Below are positions 36,832 through 45,896 of a DNA stretch of 64,000 nt, piece after piece. This DNA comes from Patescibacteria group bacterium. GTDB taxonomy: Bacteria; Patescibacteriota; Microgenomatia; Levybacterales; UBA12049. How positions within the stretch are numbered: position 1 is the first letter of the stretch; each line of letters opens with the position of its first letter. The stretch is taken from positions 91,681-155,680 of the forward strand of contig JBBTXS010000009.1 of the NCBI GenBank assembly GCA_038062115.1, in the 5' to 3' direction. The notes below the pieces were generated by a model. That model did not search any database. It was not told the origin of the DNA and saw nothing but the letters and a program-made list of their open reading frames with translations. The translations under genes and the position numbers were made by a program.

Positions 36832-36876
36832 TTTTAAGTTTCTTTGTACGCGGTTGATGTAGAAATTGAGCTAAAT

Positions 36877-37485
36877 TTATAGATTTTGCCACAGGATAGT
36901 ACAGGCACAAGTACGGTAGGGGGACCATTTTTTGGTAATTTTTTCAATCTGTTTTCTCGTTGGCTCTCTCTTAAATCCATATAACTTCTTAATTGCCTTC
37001 CTAAGTCCTAAATCCCCATGGGAGAAAACATCAGGCCTTGCAAGCGCGAACATTACAAACATCTCAGCTGTCCAAGGACCAATGCCTTTTATTTTTGTAA
37101 GCTCTTTTATTACTTCTTCGTCTGTCATGCTATCGAGTTCCTCAAGTTTCAATTCTCTATTCACCACTTTTTGCGCTAAACCTTTTATAAATCTCACCTT
37201 TGCGTTTGAAGTTCCTGTTGCTCTTAACTTCTGATGGCTTAATTTAAGAGCATGTCCTGGTGTTATTTTTCCATTTGAATACAGCATTTGAAACCTTTTG
37301 TAAATTGTCGCACTTGCCTTATCAGAAAGTTGTTGATTTATAATCTCTCCACATAGTTTTGCAAAATAATCTTTTGGGGCGACCTTTTCTAAAAGATAAA
37401 GGTCTTTTATAGCTTTGTAAAGAATTGGATCCACTTTCTTGAAGTGGTTTTTTATTTTTTTAAGAATAAGGTGATTTTTTCCCAT
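36877..37485 (-). CDS. DNA-3-methyladenine glycosylase II (AlkA-like, HhH-GPD)
   Basis: LTKIKGIGPWTAEMFVMFALARPDVFSHGDLGLRKAI, an HhH-GPD motif with the catalytic Asp. Confidence 0.85.
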   Translation of the reverse strand: MGKNHLILKKIKNHFKKVDPILYKAIKDLYLLEKVAPKDYFAKLCGEIINQQLSDKASATIYKRFQMLYSNGKITPGHALKLSHQKLRATGTSNAKVRFIKGLAQKVVNRELKLEELDSMTDEEVIKELTKIKGIGPWTAEMFVMFALARPDVFSHGDLGLRKAIKKLYGFKREPTRKQIEKITKKWSPYRTCACTILWQNL

Positions 37486-37570
37486 TTTTAGTTAATATTG
37501 AAAATAATAATACCATAATTCCATTTTCTCCTAGGTTGTTGACAACGATATAATAAAAGTGGAGGTTTTT

Positions 37571-38188
37571 TCAATGGTTATCTTTGTTGAACACAGTCAC
37601 TGAGTCTCTATTGAATTGCTCTTCTATAGTTAGAGTATTACCATTCTTTAAAAGTGTTAGTTTTAACTTGATGGTCTGTTTGCCATTTAGAGGTTGATTG
37701 CCAAATTGGATATGCCAATGAAGCTTGCCTTTTTGTCCCGGGGTTAAACTTAAGAATTCACCTTTGTAGTACTGTGGAGAAATATTAAGATATTCTATTT
37801 TGTCCCAACTTTGTTTGGAGGGAAATTTTTCCCAAGTACCGCTTTTTTGAGAATAGGTTTTATCTTCTACCGCGTAAGTTAAATCGAATGACTTTACTTG
37901 TAAATCAGAGGAGGTGTCATTAAACAAAAGAATCTCTGTTTCCTCATTGGAAAAATTTCCTTCCCCTGGCCAATAATGTTGTAAGGAAACTCCACCCTTT
38001 TGGTAAAAAGGTTTCTTCATTCCATAACCTCCGGAAGAGTTTTGTTGCTGAGGGGGTTGGTTTTGTAGGTTCTGGGGGTGTTGGTTTGACTCACCAGATT
38101 GTCGCGGGGATTTATCACCTGGTTTGAACATAATAACGAGTCCTCCTAAAACCGCAACGATGATTACTACGAATATTACTTTCGTCAT
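37571..38188 (-). CDS. Membrane-anchored hypothetical protein
   Basis: N-terminal TM VIFVVIIVAVLGGLVIMF, a Q/N/P-rich linker, then a beta-rich domain. Overlaps the upstream gene by 4 nt. Confidence 0.55.
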   Translation of the reverse strand: MTKVIFVVIIVAVLGGLVIMFKPGDKSPRQSGESNQHPQNLQNQPPQQQNSSGGYGMKKPFYQKGGVSLQHYWPGEGNFSNEETEILLFNDTSSDLQVKSFDLTYAVEDKTYSQKSGTWEKFPSKQSWDKIEYLNISPQYYKGEFLSLTPGQKGKLHWHIQFGNQPLNGKQTIKLKLTLLKNGNTLTIEEQFNRDSVTVFNKDNH

Positions 38189-39507
38189 CTTTTAAACTCT
38201 GCATAATTGGTGAGTTTCCAGAGGCCACCGCCGCATGAAGTTTGGTTTGTTTTTTCAATCTGTAAGGTTGTTGAAGTGGGCATAGTAAGCATAATAACTA
38301 CTCTAACATTATTCCTATAGGTATCGTCTGTTTCAAAACAATACACATTACCATCTGCTTTTATGTCCTTAAAATGTCTGTTAATGCGTTCCGAGTCTTG
38401 AGGTTGAAAGTTGTAAGTTCCCCAAGAAAACCCTTTACTTTCAGCTGAGTTTCCCATTGAGATTACCCCAATGGTTGGATCTGTATTGTCATAAGCCAAA
38501 GCCAAATGGGGATTCTCATGAGCCACATATTCCTCACCTTTTGCTATCCATACTCCTTGCGCTGTCCCTGGAAGATCCCAGTTGGCTTGCCCACAGACAG
38601 GTTCTGCCGTTCTTTTTCGCCCTCCGTCTGGAGTTCCTAAGCGAGATTTTAGCTGTTCTTTTAATGGAGCAGTGTAATAATCAAGCGGACAGACAGTGTA
38701 TTGCTTTTGTTCCTGGCCAAGCCAGCGTTTTGGATTTGCCAAAGTTGCAGGAGTCGCTCTTTTATCAAATAAACCAAAATCAAACACCATCTGTCCTTCT
38801 CCTCCACCGGCAGTACCTATTTGTTCACCAGCTTTCACCTGAATATTTACCCTTTTATTGCAAAGCTTAAAGGTTAACGTCCCAAACTTTTTGTAAGACC
38901 TTTGGTATTCATCGCACCTTAAGATCTGTCCTTCATCAAACGCTTTTTGGAGCTTTGAAGAAAACGTTTTGAAATGATCAAATAAACCTTTCACTTCTCT
39001 ACATGGAGAAAAATGAATCACTCCATCATTAAAATCTGGCCTTTCTTTTGCCTCGGTAAACCGAATCTCTGTAATGGTTATATCTGCAGGAGCAAAAGCA
39101 GGGATTTCTACTGGCAAACTGTTGAAATTATTCGGGTCTATGCGTCTGGGATGAAAATATAGATGGTGGGTAGGCAGGACATGAGAGGTAGGAGCAAGAG
39201 TTCCCAAAGGGACAATACCATTAAAGTCAGTGGGGTTTAGAGGAGCTACAGAAAAAAGCTCTCTTTTACTCCCACAAGAAGGAAGATTGGCAACATCAGA
39301 AAACCAGTCCTGCGATTGATCTCCTGTATGATTTTGATTTGCTTGTTGTTTTTGTGAATACTTAGGCGTCTCTTGTTGGAAACGCTGCATAATAACAAAA
39401 CCTAATCCAAGCAGTAGTGCCCCAAAAGCAAAGGCGCCAATAAGAAAATAACGAACAGTGAGCTTATTTTTTAACTCTTGAAATTTTGCAAGCATTTCTT
39501 CTTCCAT
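38185..39507 (-). CDS. Membrane-anchored Cys-rich hypothetical protein
   Basis: TM YFLIGAFAFGALLLGLGFVIM, a Q-rich linker, and a ~370-aa extracytoplasmic domain. VKAGEQIGTAGGGEGQMVFDFGLFD is only faintly LytM/M23-like, without the HxH motif. Confidence 0.55.
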   Translation of the reverse strand: MEEEMLAKFQELKNKLTVRYFLIGAFAFGALLLGLGFVIMQRFQQETPKYSQKQQANQNHTGDQSQDWFSDVANLPSCGSKRELFSVAPLNPTDFNGIVPLGTLAPTSHVLPTHHLYFHPRRIDPNNFNSLPVEIPAFAPADITITEIRFTEAKERPDFNDGVIHFSPCREVKGLFDHFKTFSSKLQKAFDEGQILRCDEYQRSYKKFGTLTFKLCNKRVNIQVKAGEQIGTAGGGEGQMVFDFGLFDKRATPATLANPKRWLGQEQKQYTVCPLDYYTAPLKEQLKSRLGTPDGGRKRTAEPVCGQANWDLPGTAQGVWIAKGEEYVAHENPHLALAYDNTDPTIGVISMGNSAESKGFSWGTYNFQPQDSERINRHFKDIKADGNVYCFETDDTYRNNVRVVIMLTMPTSTTLQIEKTNQTSCGGGLWKLTNYAEFKR

Positions 39508-39632
39508 TATCTACTTATCAAGGACGAGAAATCAAGTGGAGATAAGAATAATTCCAACTACGCCTGCCTACTTCAGGAAAAATCACCTTATTGGTGACCT
39601 CAAAAAAGATTTTTTTCTTGGGGTAGGTGATC

Positions 39633-41069
39633 TTAGAACGAATTCCAAAGTACTTGATTGGTAATTTCGTGGTGGAAAATAATCTCAGAAGTTTTAACAC
39701 GAACACCCAGTTCCTTGGGACAACGGTCGGCTGATGCTTGTTTAAAGGAAAGATATTTTTCTTTATTCGAAGGACCCAAAATTCGATCTATAAACTCGCT
39801 GCTTTTAAAGAGTTTCATTGCGTCATTTATTGTTCCTGGCAAAAAACGAAGTCTCTGCCCTTTATCAGAATTATTAACAAGGTTATTTCCTTCTAATCCG
39901 GTTTTAAGCATGGAATACAGCACTAAATAAGGATTTGCATCAGGCGCAACGGATCTAAGTTCAATACGGGCAGTTTTTTCATTTGCAACTGGAATACGAA
40001 TCATGGATCCTCTATCAATTGGGGAAACTTTAATTTGATTAGGAGCTTCAAAGTGTGGATCCAAGCGTCGATATGCATTGACACTAGAGTTTAAAACCAA
40101 GCAAATTTCTGGAGCATGATTTAAGATGCGAGATATAAAATTCCACGCAGTTTTAGAAAGGCCATCTCGTCCGTTTTTTTCATAGAATATATTTTTGCCG
40201 CTTTTGCTTAAAGAAAAATTAGTATGCATGCCACTACCATTTATTCCAACCATTGGCTTGGGTAAAAAAGAAGCAGTAATTCCCATGTTGTTTGCTACTT
40301 GGCGACACACCAATTTATATAATTGGATCTGATCGCACGCTCGTAAAGCCTCTGTGTATGAAAAGTTCATTTCGAATTGAGACGGAGCTACTTCGGGATG
40401 ATCTTTTTCGTTTTGGAATCCCATTGCCCGATGCGCTTCAGATGAGGCATCAATAAATTGTCGAAGTCTATCTAAGGGAAGGGAATGAAAATAACCACCC
40501 ATTGATATGAGCTGAAATCCAGTCCGCTCGTCAAAGTTTTGCTCTGCATTAATGCCGCTTAGTAAAAATCCTTCGATCTCAGAAGATGCGTAGGCAGTTA
40601 AGCCCTTTTTAGCCTTAAGAGTTCGAGCATATTCTTGTAAAATCCCTCGAAAATCAGATTCGTACTGTCCTCGTTCTCTGTTTTGAATATTGGCAAAAAA
40701 TATTACTTTCCCTGGCCCAAACACATCAGATGGAAGCCACATAATGCTTGTCCAATCAACAGAAAGCCGAAGATCCGACTCTCTTTGTAAAGTAAATCCC
40801 CGAATAGACGATCCATCAAAGGTAAGATTGTCAAAAGATTCAAGGAAAAACTTCTTATCATAGTCAAGCATATGAAATCTTCCTTCGATATCTGAAAAGC
40901 AAAGCGTTACAGCTTTTAGCAATTTTTCTTTTTTAAGATACAAGAGGTATTCTGCCTGTAGTTGTTTGGGGTCGACTTTATCTCCTTTTTCTTTCGCCGA
41001 CAAATTCATCTTCTCGAGCTTATCGTAGGGGATTTCCAAAAAATGTTTGAGCTGAGTATTAGAATTCAT
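39633..41069 (-). CDS. glnA: Glutamine synthetase (type I-like)
   Basis: FDGSSIRGF, NGSGMHTNFSL and ELRSVAPDANPYL motifs. Start set at MNSNTQ (41069). Confidence 0.9.
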   Translation of the reverse strand: MNSNTQLKHFLEIPYDKLEKMNLSAKEKGDKVDPKQLQAEYLLYLKKEKLLKAVTLCFSDIEGRFHMLDYDKKFFLESFDNLTFDGSSIRGFTLQRESDLRLSVDWTSIMWLPSDVFGPGKVIFFANIQNRERGQYESDFRGILQEYARTLKAKKGLTAYASSEIEGFLLSGINAEQNFDERTGFQLISMGGYFHSLPLDRLRQFIDASSEAHRAMGFQNEKDHPEVAPSQFEMNFSYTEALRACDQIQLYKLVCRQVANNMGITASFLPKPMVGINGSGMHTNFSLSKSGKNIFYEKNGRDGLSKTAWNFISRILNHAPEICLVLNSSVNAYRRLDPHFEAPNQIKVSPIDRGSMIRIPVANEKTARIELRSVAPDANPYLVLYSMLKTGLEGNNLVNNSDKGQRLRFLPGTINDAMKLFKSSEFIDRILGPSNKEKYLSFKQASADRCPKELGVRVKTSEIIFHHEITNQVLWNSF

Positions 41070-41196
41070 ATTCTTCAATTCATATTTTTCATAATAAAAT
41101 ATCACTAAATTATACTATTTGTCAATTAGATCAACCACAACACACTTTATTATTTTTTCTCAAGAAGATATACTAACAATAGTAATCAAGTAAGAT

Positions 41197-42327
41197 ATGG
41201 GTAGAAGAATTTTTATCTTAATACTTCTTGCGGTAACAGTTTTATTTGTTAGTATAGCTTTTCTTTTTGGAAATGCCGTTCCAAGAGAAAACTCGCTGCC
41301 AAAAATAGAACCAACAATAAAAACAGAGGATAAAAGCCGTATAGAGATTCCGAGAGCATCGATTATCGCCAGTGGTTTGGAAATTCCTTGGGGGTTAGCT
41401 TTTTTACCAGACGGAAGTATTTTGTTTACCGAGCGGCCAGGTCAAGTTAGAATGATTGACATGGAGGGAAATTTTTTACCCTCACCTATTGCCAATATTC
41501 CCCAAGTAAAACATATTGGTGAGGGTGGGCTTTTAGGAATTGCTATACACCCTGATTTTAAAAACAATAAGCATATTTATCTTTATTACACTTATTCAAG
41601 TACTGAAAACAATACATTAAATAGAGTGGCAAGGTTTAATTTTGAAAATGGCACACTGACACACGAGCAGGTTATAGTTGATGCTATTCCCGGGGCAATA
41701 AATCACAACGGAGGAAGAATAAAATTTGGACCAGATAATTTTTTGTATATCACAACCGGGGACGCTCAAAATCCATCTTTAGCTCAAGACGTAAACTCTT
41801 TAGCCGGAAAAATTCTAAGAGTAACAGACGAGGGAAAACCTGCAGCTGGAAATCCTTTTAATAATCTTGTTTATTCCAACGGCCACAGAAATCCTCAAGG
41901 GTTTAGTTGGGACGGCAAGGGTAGGCTTTGGGCTACAGAACATGGCCCACAAGCTCGTGATGAATTAAACCTTATAGAAAAAGGAGCAAATTACGGCTGG
42001 CCTGTTATTACCGGCAATGAAGAAAGAGAAGGAATGAAGAAACCAGTGCTTCAAAGCGGTGATTCCACATGGGCTCCTGCTGGAGCGGTGTTTGTAGAAA
42101 ATTCTATCTTCTTTGCAGGTCTTAGAGGCAATGCACTTTTTGAGGCTAAACTTCTTGATGGCGAGGTTGAGCTTAAAGAGTACCTAAAAGGCGAATTTGG
42201 AAGAATTAGAGATGTAGTTTTAGGTTCTGATGGTTTTTTATACATTACGACCAGCAATCGTGACGGTCGGGGAATACCAAGAGAAGGAGATGACAAGATA
42301 ATAAGAATCAATCCTAAAAAGCTCTAA
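41197..42327 (+). CDS. PQQ-dependent (soluble) sugar dehydrogenase, YliI/sorbosone-dehydrogenase family, membrane-anchored
   Basis: PWGLAFLPDGSILFTERPGQVR, GLLGIAIHPDF, NHNGGRIKFGPD, GHRNPQGFSWD and DELNLIEKGANYGWP. Confidence 0.9.
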   Translation: MGRRIFILILLAVTVLFVSIAFLFGNAVPRENSLPKIEPTIKTEDKSRIEIPRASIIASGLEIPWGLAFLPDGSILFTERPGQVRMIDMEGNFLPSPIANIPQVKHIGEGGLLGIAIHPDFKNNKHIYLYYTYSSTENNTLNRVARFNFENGTLTHEQVIVDAIPGAINHNGGRIKFGPDNFLYITTGDAQNPSLAQDVNSLAGKILRVTDEGKPAAGNPFNNLVYSNGHRNPQGFSWDGKGRLWATEHGPQARDELNLIEKGANYGWPVITGNEEREGMKKPVLQSGDSTWAPAGAVFVENSIFFAGLRGNALFEAKLLDGEVELKEYLKGEFGRIRDVVLGSDGFLYITTSNRDGRGIPREGDDKIIRINPKKL

Positions 42328-42397
42328 AGAATAAAGATACATGATCCCCAAGAACAAATTCATAATTTTAGATTATGGTAGGACGAAATAAGTAAAA

Positions 42398-43009
42398 TCA
42401 CATAATTCTTTTTTCTGTGCCTTTTGTAAGGCGAGCTAAATTTTCTCTATGTGTCCACGTGACGATTATCGATAAGACTAAGTAAAAAATAATTAGTTTT
42501 GGAAATATAAAATATGCAATTATAGGCAAAGTGTAAGTGGATAGGATAGATGAGATTGAGACAATTTTGGTTGTCAAAAAGACTGCCAAAAATACAATAA
42601 AGGCAATTACGATTATTAATGGGTTAATTGCAAGAAGAGATCCAAGTCCAGTGGCTACTCCTTTACCGCCTTTAAATTTTAGCCAAATAGGAAATATGTG
42701 AGCAAGTATAGCAACTGCCGCAATAATTAATGCTTGATCTAGAGGTAAAAATTCTAAAGCTATTTTTGTTGGAATAAAGCCTTTAAGTATGTCTCCAATA
42801 AGAACCAAAACCGCTGGTCTCCATCCTAATGCTCTTAGAGAATTTGTAAAACCAATATTGCCGCTTCCTTTTTTCTGAACATCTATTCCTTGCATGTGCC
42901 CAATTATTTTGCCAAAAGGTATAGATCCAAGAAAGTACGCAAAGCAAATAAATAACAAAAATTGCATAAAGATAATTAACATTATGAAGAATTCATTTAG
43001 ATTATTCAA
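42398..43009 (-). CDS. plsY: Glycerol-3-phosphate acyltransferase PlsY
   Basis: GSIPFGKIIG...KKGSGNIGFTN..RALG...GGKGVAT. The exact start is uncertain. Confidence 0.9.
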   Translation of the reverse strand: MNNLNEFFIMLIIFMQFLLFICFAYFLGSIPFGKIIGHMQGIDVQKKGSGNIGFTNSLRALGWRPAVLVLIGDILKGFIPTKIALEFLPLDQALIIAAVAILAHIFPIWLKFKGGKGVATGLGSLLAINPLIIVIAFIVFLAVFLTTKIVSISSILSTYTLPIIAYFIFPKLIIFYLVLSIIVTWTHRENLARLTKGTEKRIM

Positions 43010-43025
43010 CAGGAGTAAAAGTTTA

Positions 43026-44681
43026 TCATACCTCGATCACAACAGGGAGTACTAGGGGACGGCGGCGGAGGGTACGAAAGATGCTGCGTTCTGATGTTTC
43101 GCCAATTCTCTTTCGTATATAAACCCAATCTGTAACTCTTCCTTTTCTTAAGGCAAAATTTCTTATTAATTCTTTTTTTAGTTCTTTGTTTATTATTGCA
43201 TTATTTATCTTTGAAAGTCCGCGGGCTATAATATTTGGGGCACCAACAATTTGTCCATTTTGTGCATCTACCTCAACCATCACTATGACCACCCCATCTT
43301 TCGATATTTTTTGTCTGTCGCGAATTACAAAATGCTCTACCACTTCTTCTGATATTTCATCAACATACACACTTCCAAGCTCTATTTTTTTACCCAAAAA
43401 TCCTTTATCTTTTGAAAAAATTACTTCTTGCCCATCCTCAATTAAAAAAATTTGCTTTTCTTCAAAACCAAGGCGCTCTGCCAAATCTTTATAAGCTGCC
43501 ATATGCCTAAATGTTCCTCCTATTGGCAAGATATTTCGAGCGTTAGCTAGTGTTATCATTAGCATTAAATCTTCTGCCGCAGCATGACCCGAAACATGAA
43601 AATCATCATTATTTTTTGAATAAATAACTTTAACTCCTTTCTTGGAAATACTATCAATAAGAGAGTTTATAGACACCTCGTTGCCTGGTATTGGATCAGA
43701 AGAAAAAACTATAACATCATTTGGAGATATTTTAACTTCTCTATGCTCTCCATTTACAACTCGGGACAACGCAGAATTTTCTTGCCCTTGACTTCCAGCG
43801 ACAAAAAGTAACAGGTTGCTATCTTTATAGTTTTTAATATCCTCAAGCGTTATCTCCATGCCTTTTTCAAGTTTCATATAGCCCAATTTTTGGGCGATTT
43901 TCGAAGCTTTTACTAAAGAACGACCTACAAAACATACTTTTCTGCCAAGCTTTTTTGCAGCTACTATTGCCTGATTTAGCCTAGAGATGTTGGAAGAATA
44001 TGTTGTTAAAATAAATTTTCCGCTGCACAGCCTCATTTCTTGTTCGATATTTTCTGACAATATTCTTTCTGAAGGAGTGTGCCCTTCTCTTTCTGCACCT
44101 AGACAGTCTGACATTAAGCACATTACCCCCTGTTTTGATACTTCGGATATTTTTGCAAAATCTGTTTTATTGCCATCAAATGGGGTTAAATCAAACTTAA
44201 AATCGCTGGCATGATAAAAATTACCAACTGGAGTTTTTATAAAAATATGCGCGGTATCTGGAATAGAATGGGTTACTCGAATAAACGAAATAATAAAATC
44301 TCCCAAACGGATGTCTTCTTCTCCAAATTTAACTGTTTTTACTCTTACAGTTTCTCCAAACTCAGTAAGTTTTTCATTTGCAAAGGCTGCTGTTAACGGA
44401 GTTGCATAAATTGGAAAACCTGGGAGACTTGGCAAAATAAATGGTAATGCACCAATATGATCTTCATGACCGTGCGTTAAAACCATACCAATAATTTTCT
44501 TTTTTGTTTTTAAGAGATAAGAAATATCTGGTAGCAAAAGATCGACACCAAGCATGGTTTCATCGGCAAAACCTAAACCACAATCAACAATAAGTATCTG
44601 ATCATTATACTCATACAGATACATGTTTTTGGTTACATCCCCTACGCCACCTAAAGGGATGAAAGAAACGTGATTATTCAT
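43026..44681 (-). CDS. rnj: Ribonuclease J
   Basis: Metallo-beta-lactamase/beta-CASP: IVDCGLGF...LTHGHEDHIGALPF...HVSGHAAAEDL. Confidence 0.93.
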   Translation of the reverse strand: MNNHVSFIPLGGVGDVTKNMYLYEYNDQILIVDCGLGFADETMLGVDLLLPDISYLLKTKKKIIGMVLTHGHEDHIGALPFILPSLPGFPIYATPLTAAFANEKLTEFGETVRVKTVKFGEEDIRLGDFIISFIRVTHSIPDTAHIFIKTPVGNFYHASDFKFDLTPFDGNKTDFAKISEVSKQGVMCLMSDCLGAEREGHTPSERILSENIEQEMRLCSGKFILTTYSSNISRLNQAIVAAKKLGRKVCFVGRSLVKASKIAQKLGYMKLEKGMEITLEDIKNYKDSNLLLFVAGSQGQENSALSRVVNGEHREVKISPNDVIVFSSDPIPGNEVSINSLIDSISKKGVKVIYSKNNDDFHVSGHAAAEDLMLMITLANARNILPIGGTFRHMAAYKDLAERLGFEEKQIFLIEDGQEVIFSKDKGFLGKKIELGSVYVDEISEEVVEHFVIRDRQKISKDGVVIVMVEVDAQNGQIVGAPNIIARGLSKINNAIINKELKKELIRNFALRKGRVTDWVYIRKRIGETSERSIFRTLRRRPLVLPVVIEV

Positions 44682-44703
44682 AATTTAACAAATTAAAATT
44701 ATT

Positions 44704-45762
44704 CTACATTTTTGGTAAAAATTCTTTAATATTCTCATTTGTAATTTGAACCGATTGCGCCTTGCCCTCTACAACAAGCCTTGCTACCTTTCTAGAAATT
44801 CCCTCAATCGTTCGCTCAAGGCTTCGAATTCCCGAGTCAAATCCTAAAGGCCTTACAACTGTTGGCCAAACTATATCATCAATTGCTATCTGATTTTCGG
44901 ATAAACCAGTTTGTTTTCTTATTTTTGGAAATAAGAAACTTTTTGCAATTGTTATTTTTTCTTCATCTGTGAAAGATGGCATCTGAACCATTTCAAGTCT
45001 ATCCAAAACTGCTGTTGCAATATTAGTTGTATTGTTAACAGTTGCTACAAACAATACTTGTGATAAATCAAATGGATAGTCGATATAATGATCTATAAAA
45101 GCTTTGTTTTGCTCTGCATCTAAAAGCTCAACTAAAACTCCCATAATATCCGATCTTTCTTCTCCAGTTACTCTATCTAGTTCATCTAACAAAATTACGC
45201 AGTTTTTGCTTTGCGTATGGACTAAACTTTTCATAATAAGTCCTGGTTCTGCATCGGGAACTGTTCTTGATTGTCCCCTTAAAGCCTGTACTCCTCCCAT
45301 CCCTCCAAATGGAATTCTTTCAAACTTTCTGCCCAAAGCTTCCGCAACAGAATAAGCAAGAGTTGTTTTTCCAGTACCCACTAGCCCTATAAAACAAAGT
45401 ACTGGAGATTTTAATTCTTGATTAGGTGTCCTATTTTTAGTATTTAGAATTAAAGAAGATAAATATTCTAATATTTTGTCTTTAGCACTGTCTAGCCCAT
45501 AATGGTTTTTATCCAAAATTTGCTTTGCAACCTTGAGGTCTAATATGTCTTTTGTCTGTTTATCAAAAGGAAGTCTGCATATCCAGTTTACATAATTAGA
45601 CAAACTTGCAAAGTCAATAAATCCTCCTCCTGTATTAAGACTATTTCTAACAGTAGCAATTTCTTCCTCAATCCTTTCAAGTAAATCGTCTGGGATGGAT
45701 GATTCTTTTAATCTTTGCTCAATTTTTTTTATTTGGCGATCTAGAGAAATAGAGGAATCCAT
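44704..45762 (-). CDS. Lon-like AAA+ ATPase module without protease domain
   Basis: ILDKNHYGLDSAKDKILEYL (the Lon pre-ATPase motif), Walker A GLVGTGKTT and Walker B ILLDELDRV. The ORF ends after the alpha-helical lid, with no Ser-Lys protease domain. 352 aa. Confidence 0.75.
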   Translation of the reverse strand: MDSSISLDRQIKKIEQRLKESSIPDDLLERIEEEIATVRNSLNTGGGFIDFASLSNYVNWICRLPFDKQTKDILDLKVAKQILDKNHYGLDSAKDKILEYLSSLILNTKNRTPNQELKSPVLCFIGLVGTGKTTLAYSVAEALGRKFERIPFGGMGGVQALRGQSRTVPDAEPGLIMKSLVHTQSKNCVILLDELDRVTGEERSDIMGVLVELLDAEQNKAFIDHYIDYPFDLSQVLFVATVNNTTNIATAVLDRLEMVQMPSFTDEEKITIAKSFLFPKIRKQTGLSENQIAIDDIVWPTVVRPLGFDSGIRSLERTIEGISRKVARLVVEGKAQSVQITNENIKEFLPKM

Positions 45763-45896
45763 AAAATGATAATACTAAAAAAAAAGCAGATTAACAATAG
45801 TTTGTTTCTACAACGCTCGTTGCGTATAGTATAATTCCCCTTAGGGGATTTCCCAGCAGGAGGCTAGCGGAGAGCGCAGCGAGGAGTTCACTAAGT

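Noticed and set aside
33807-36870. A tRNA-Asn-targeted genomic island.
   Set aside because: The accessory genes lie on the 5' side of the tRNA rather than its 3' side. I found no direct repeat of the tRNA 3' end and no integrase. The transposase remnant is of DDE type.
39518-39706. 62-aa minus-strand ORF between the 38185-39507 gene and glnA.
   Set aside because: It overlaps the glnA 3' end in another frame. It has low-complexity composition, no SD and no family resemblance.
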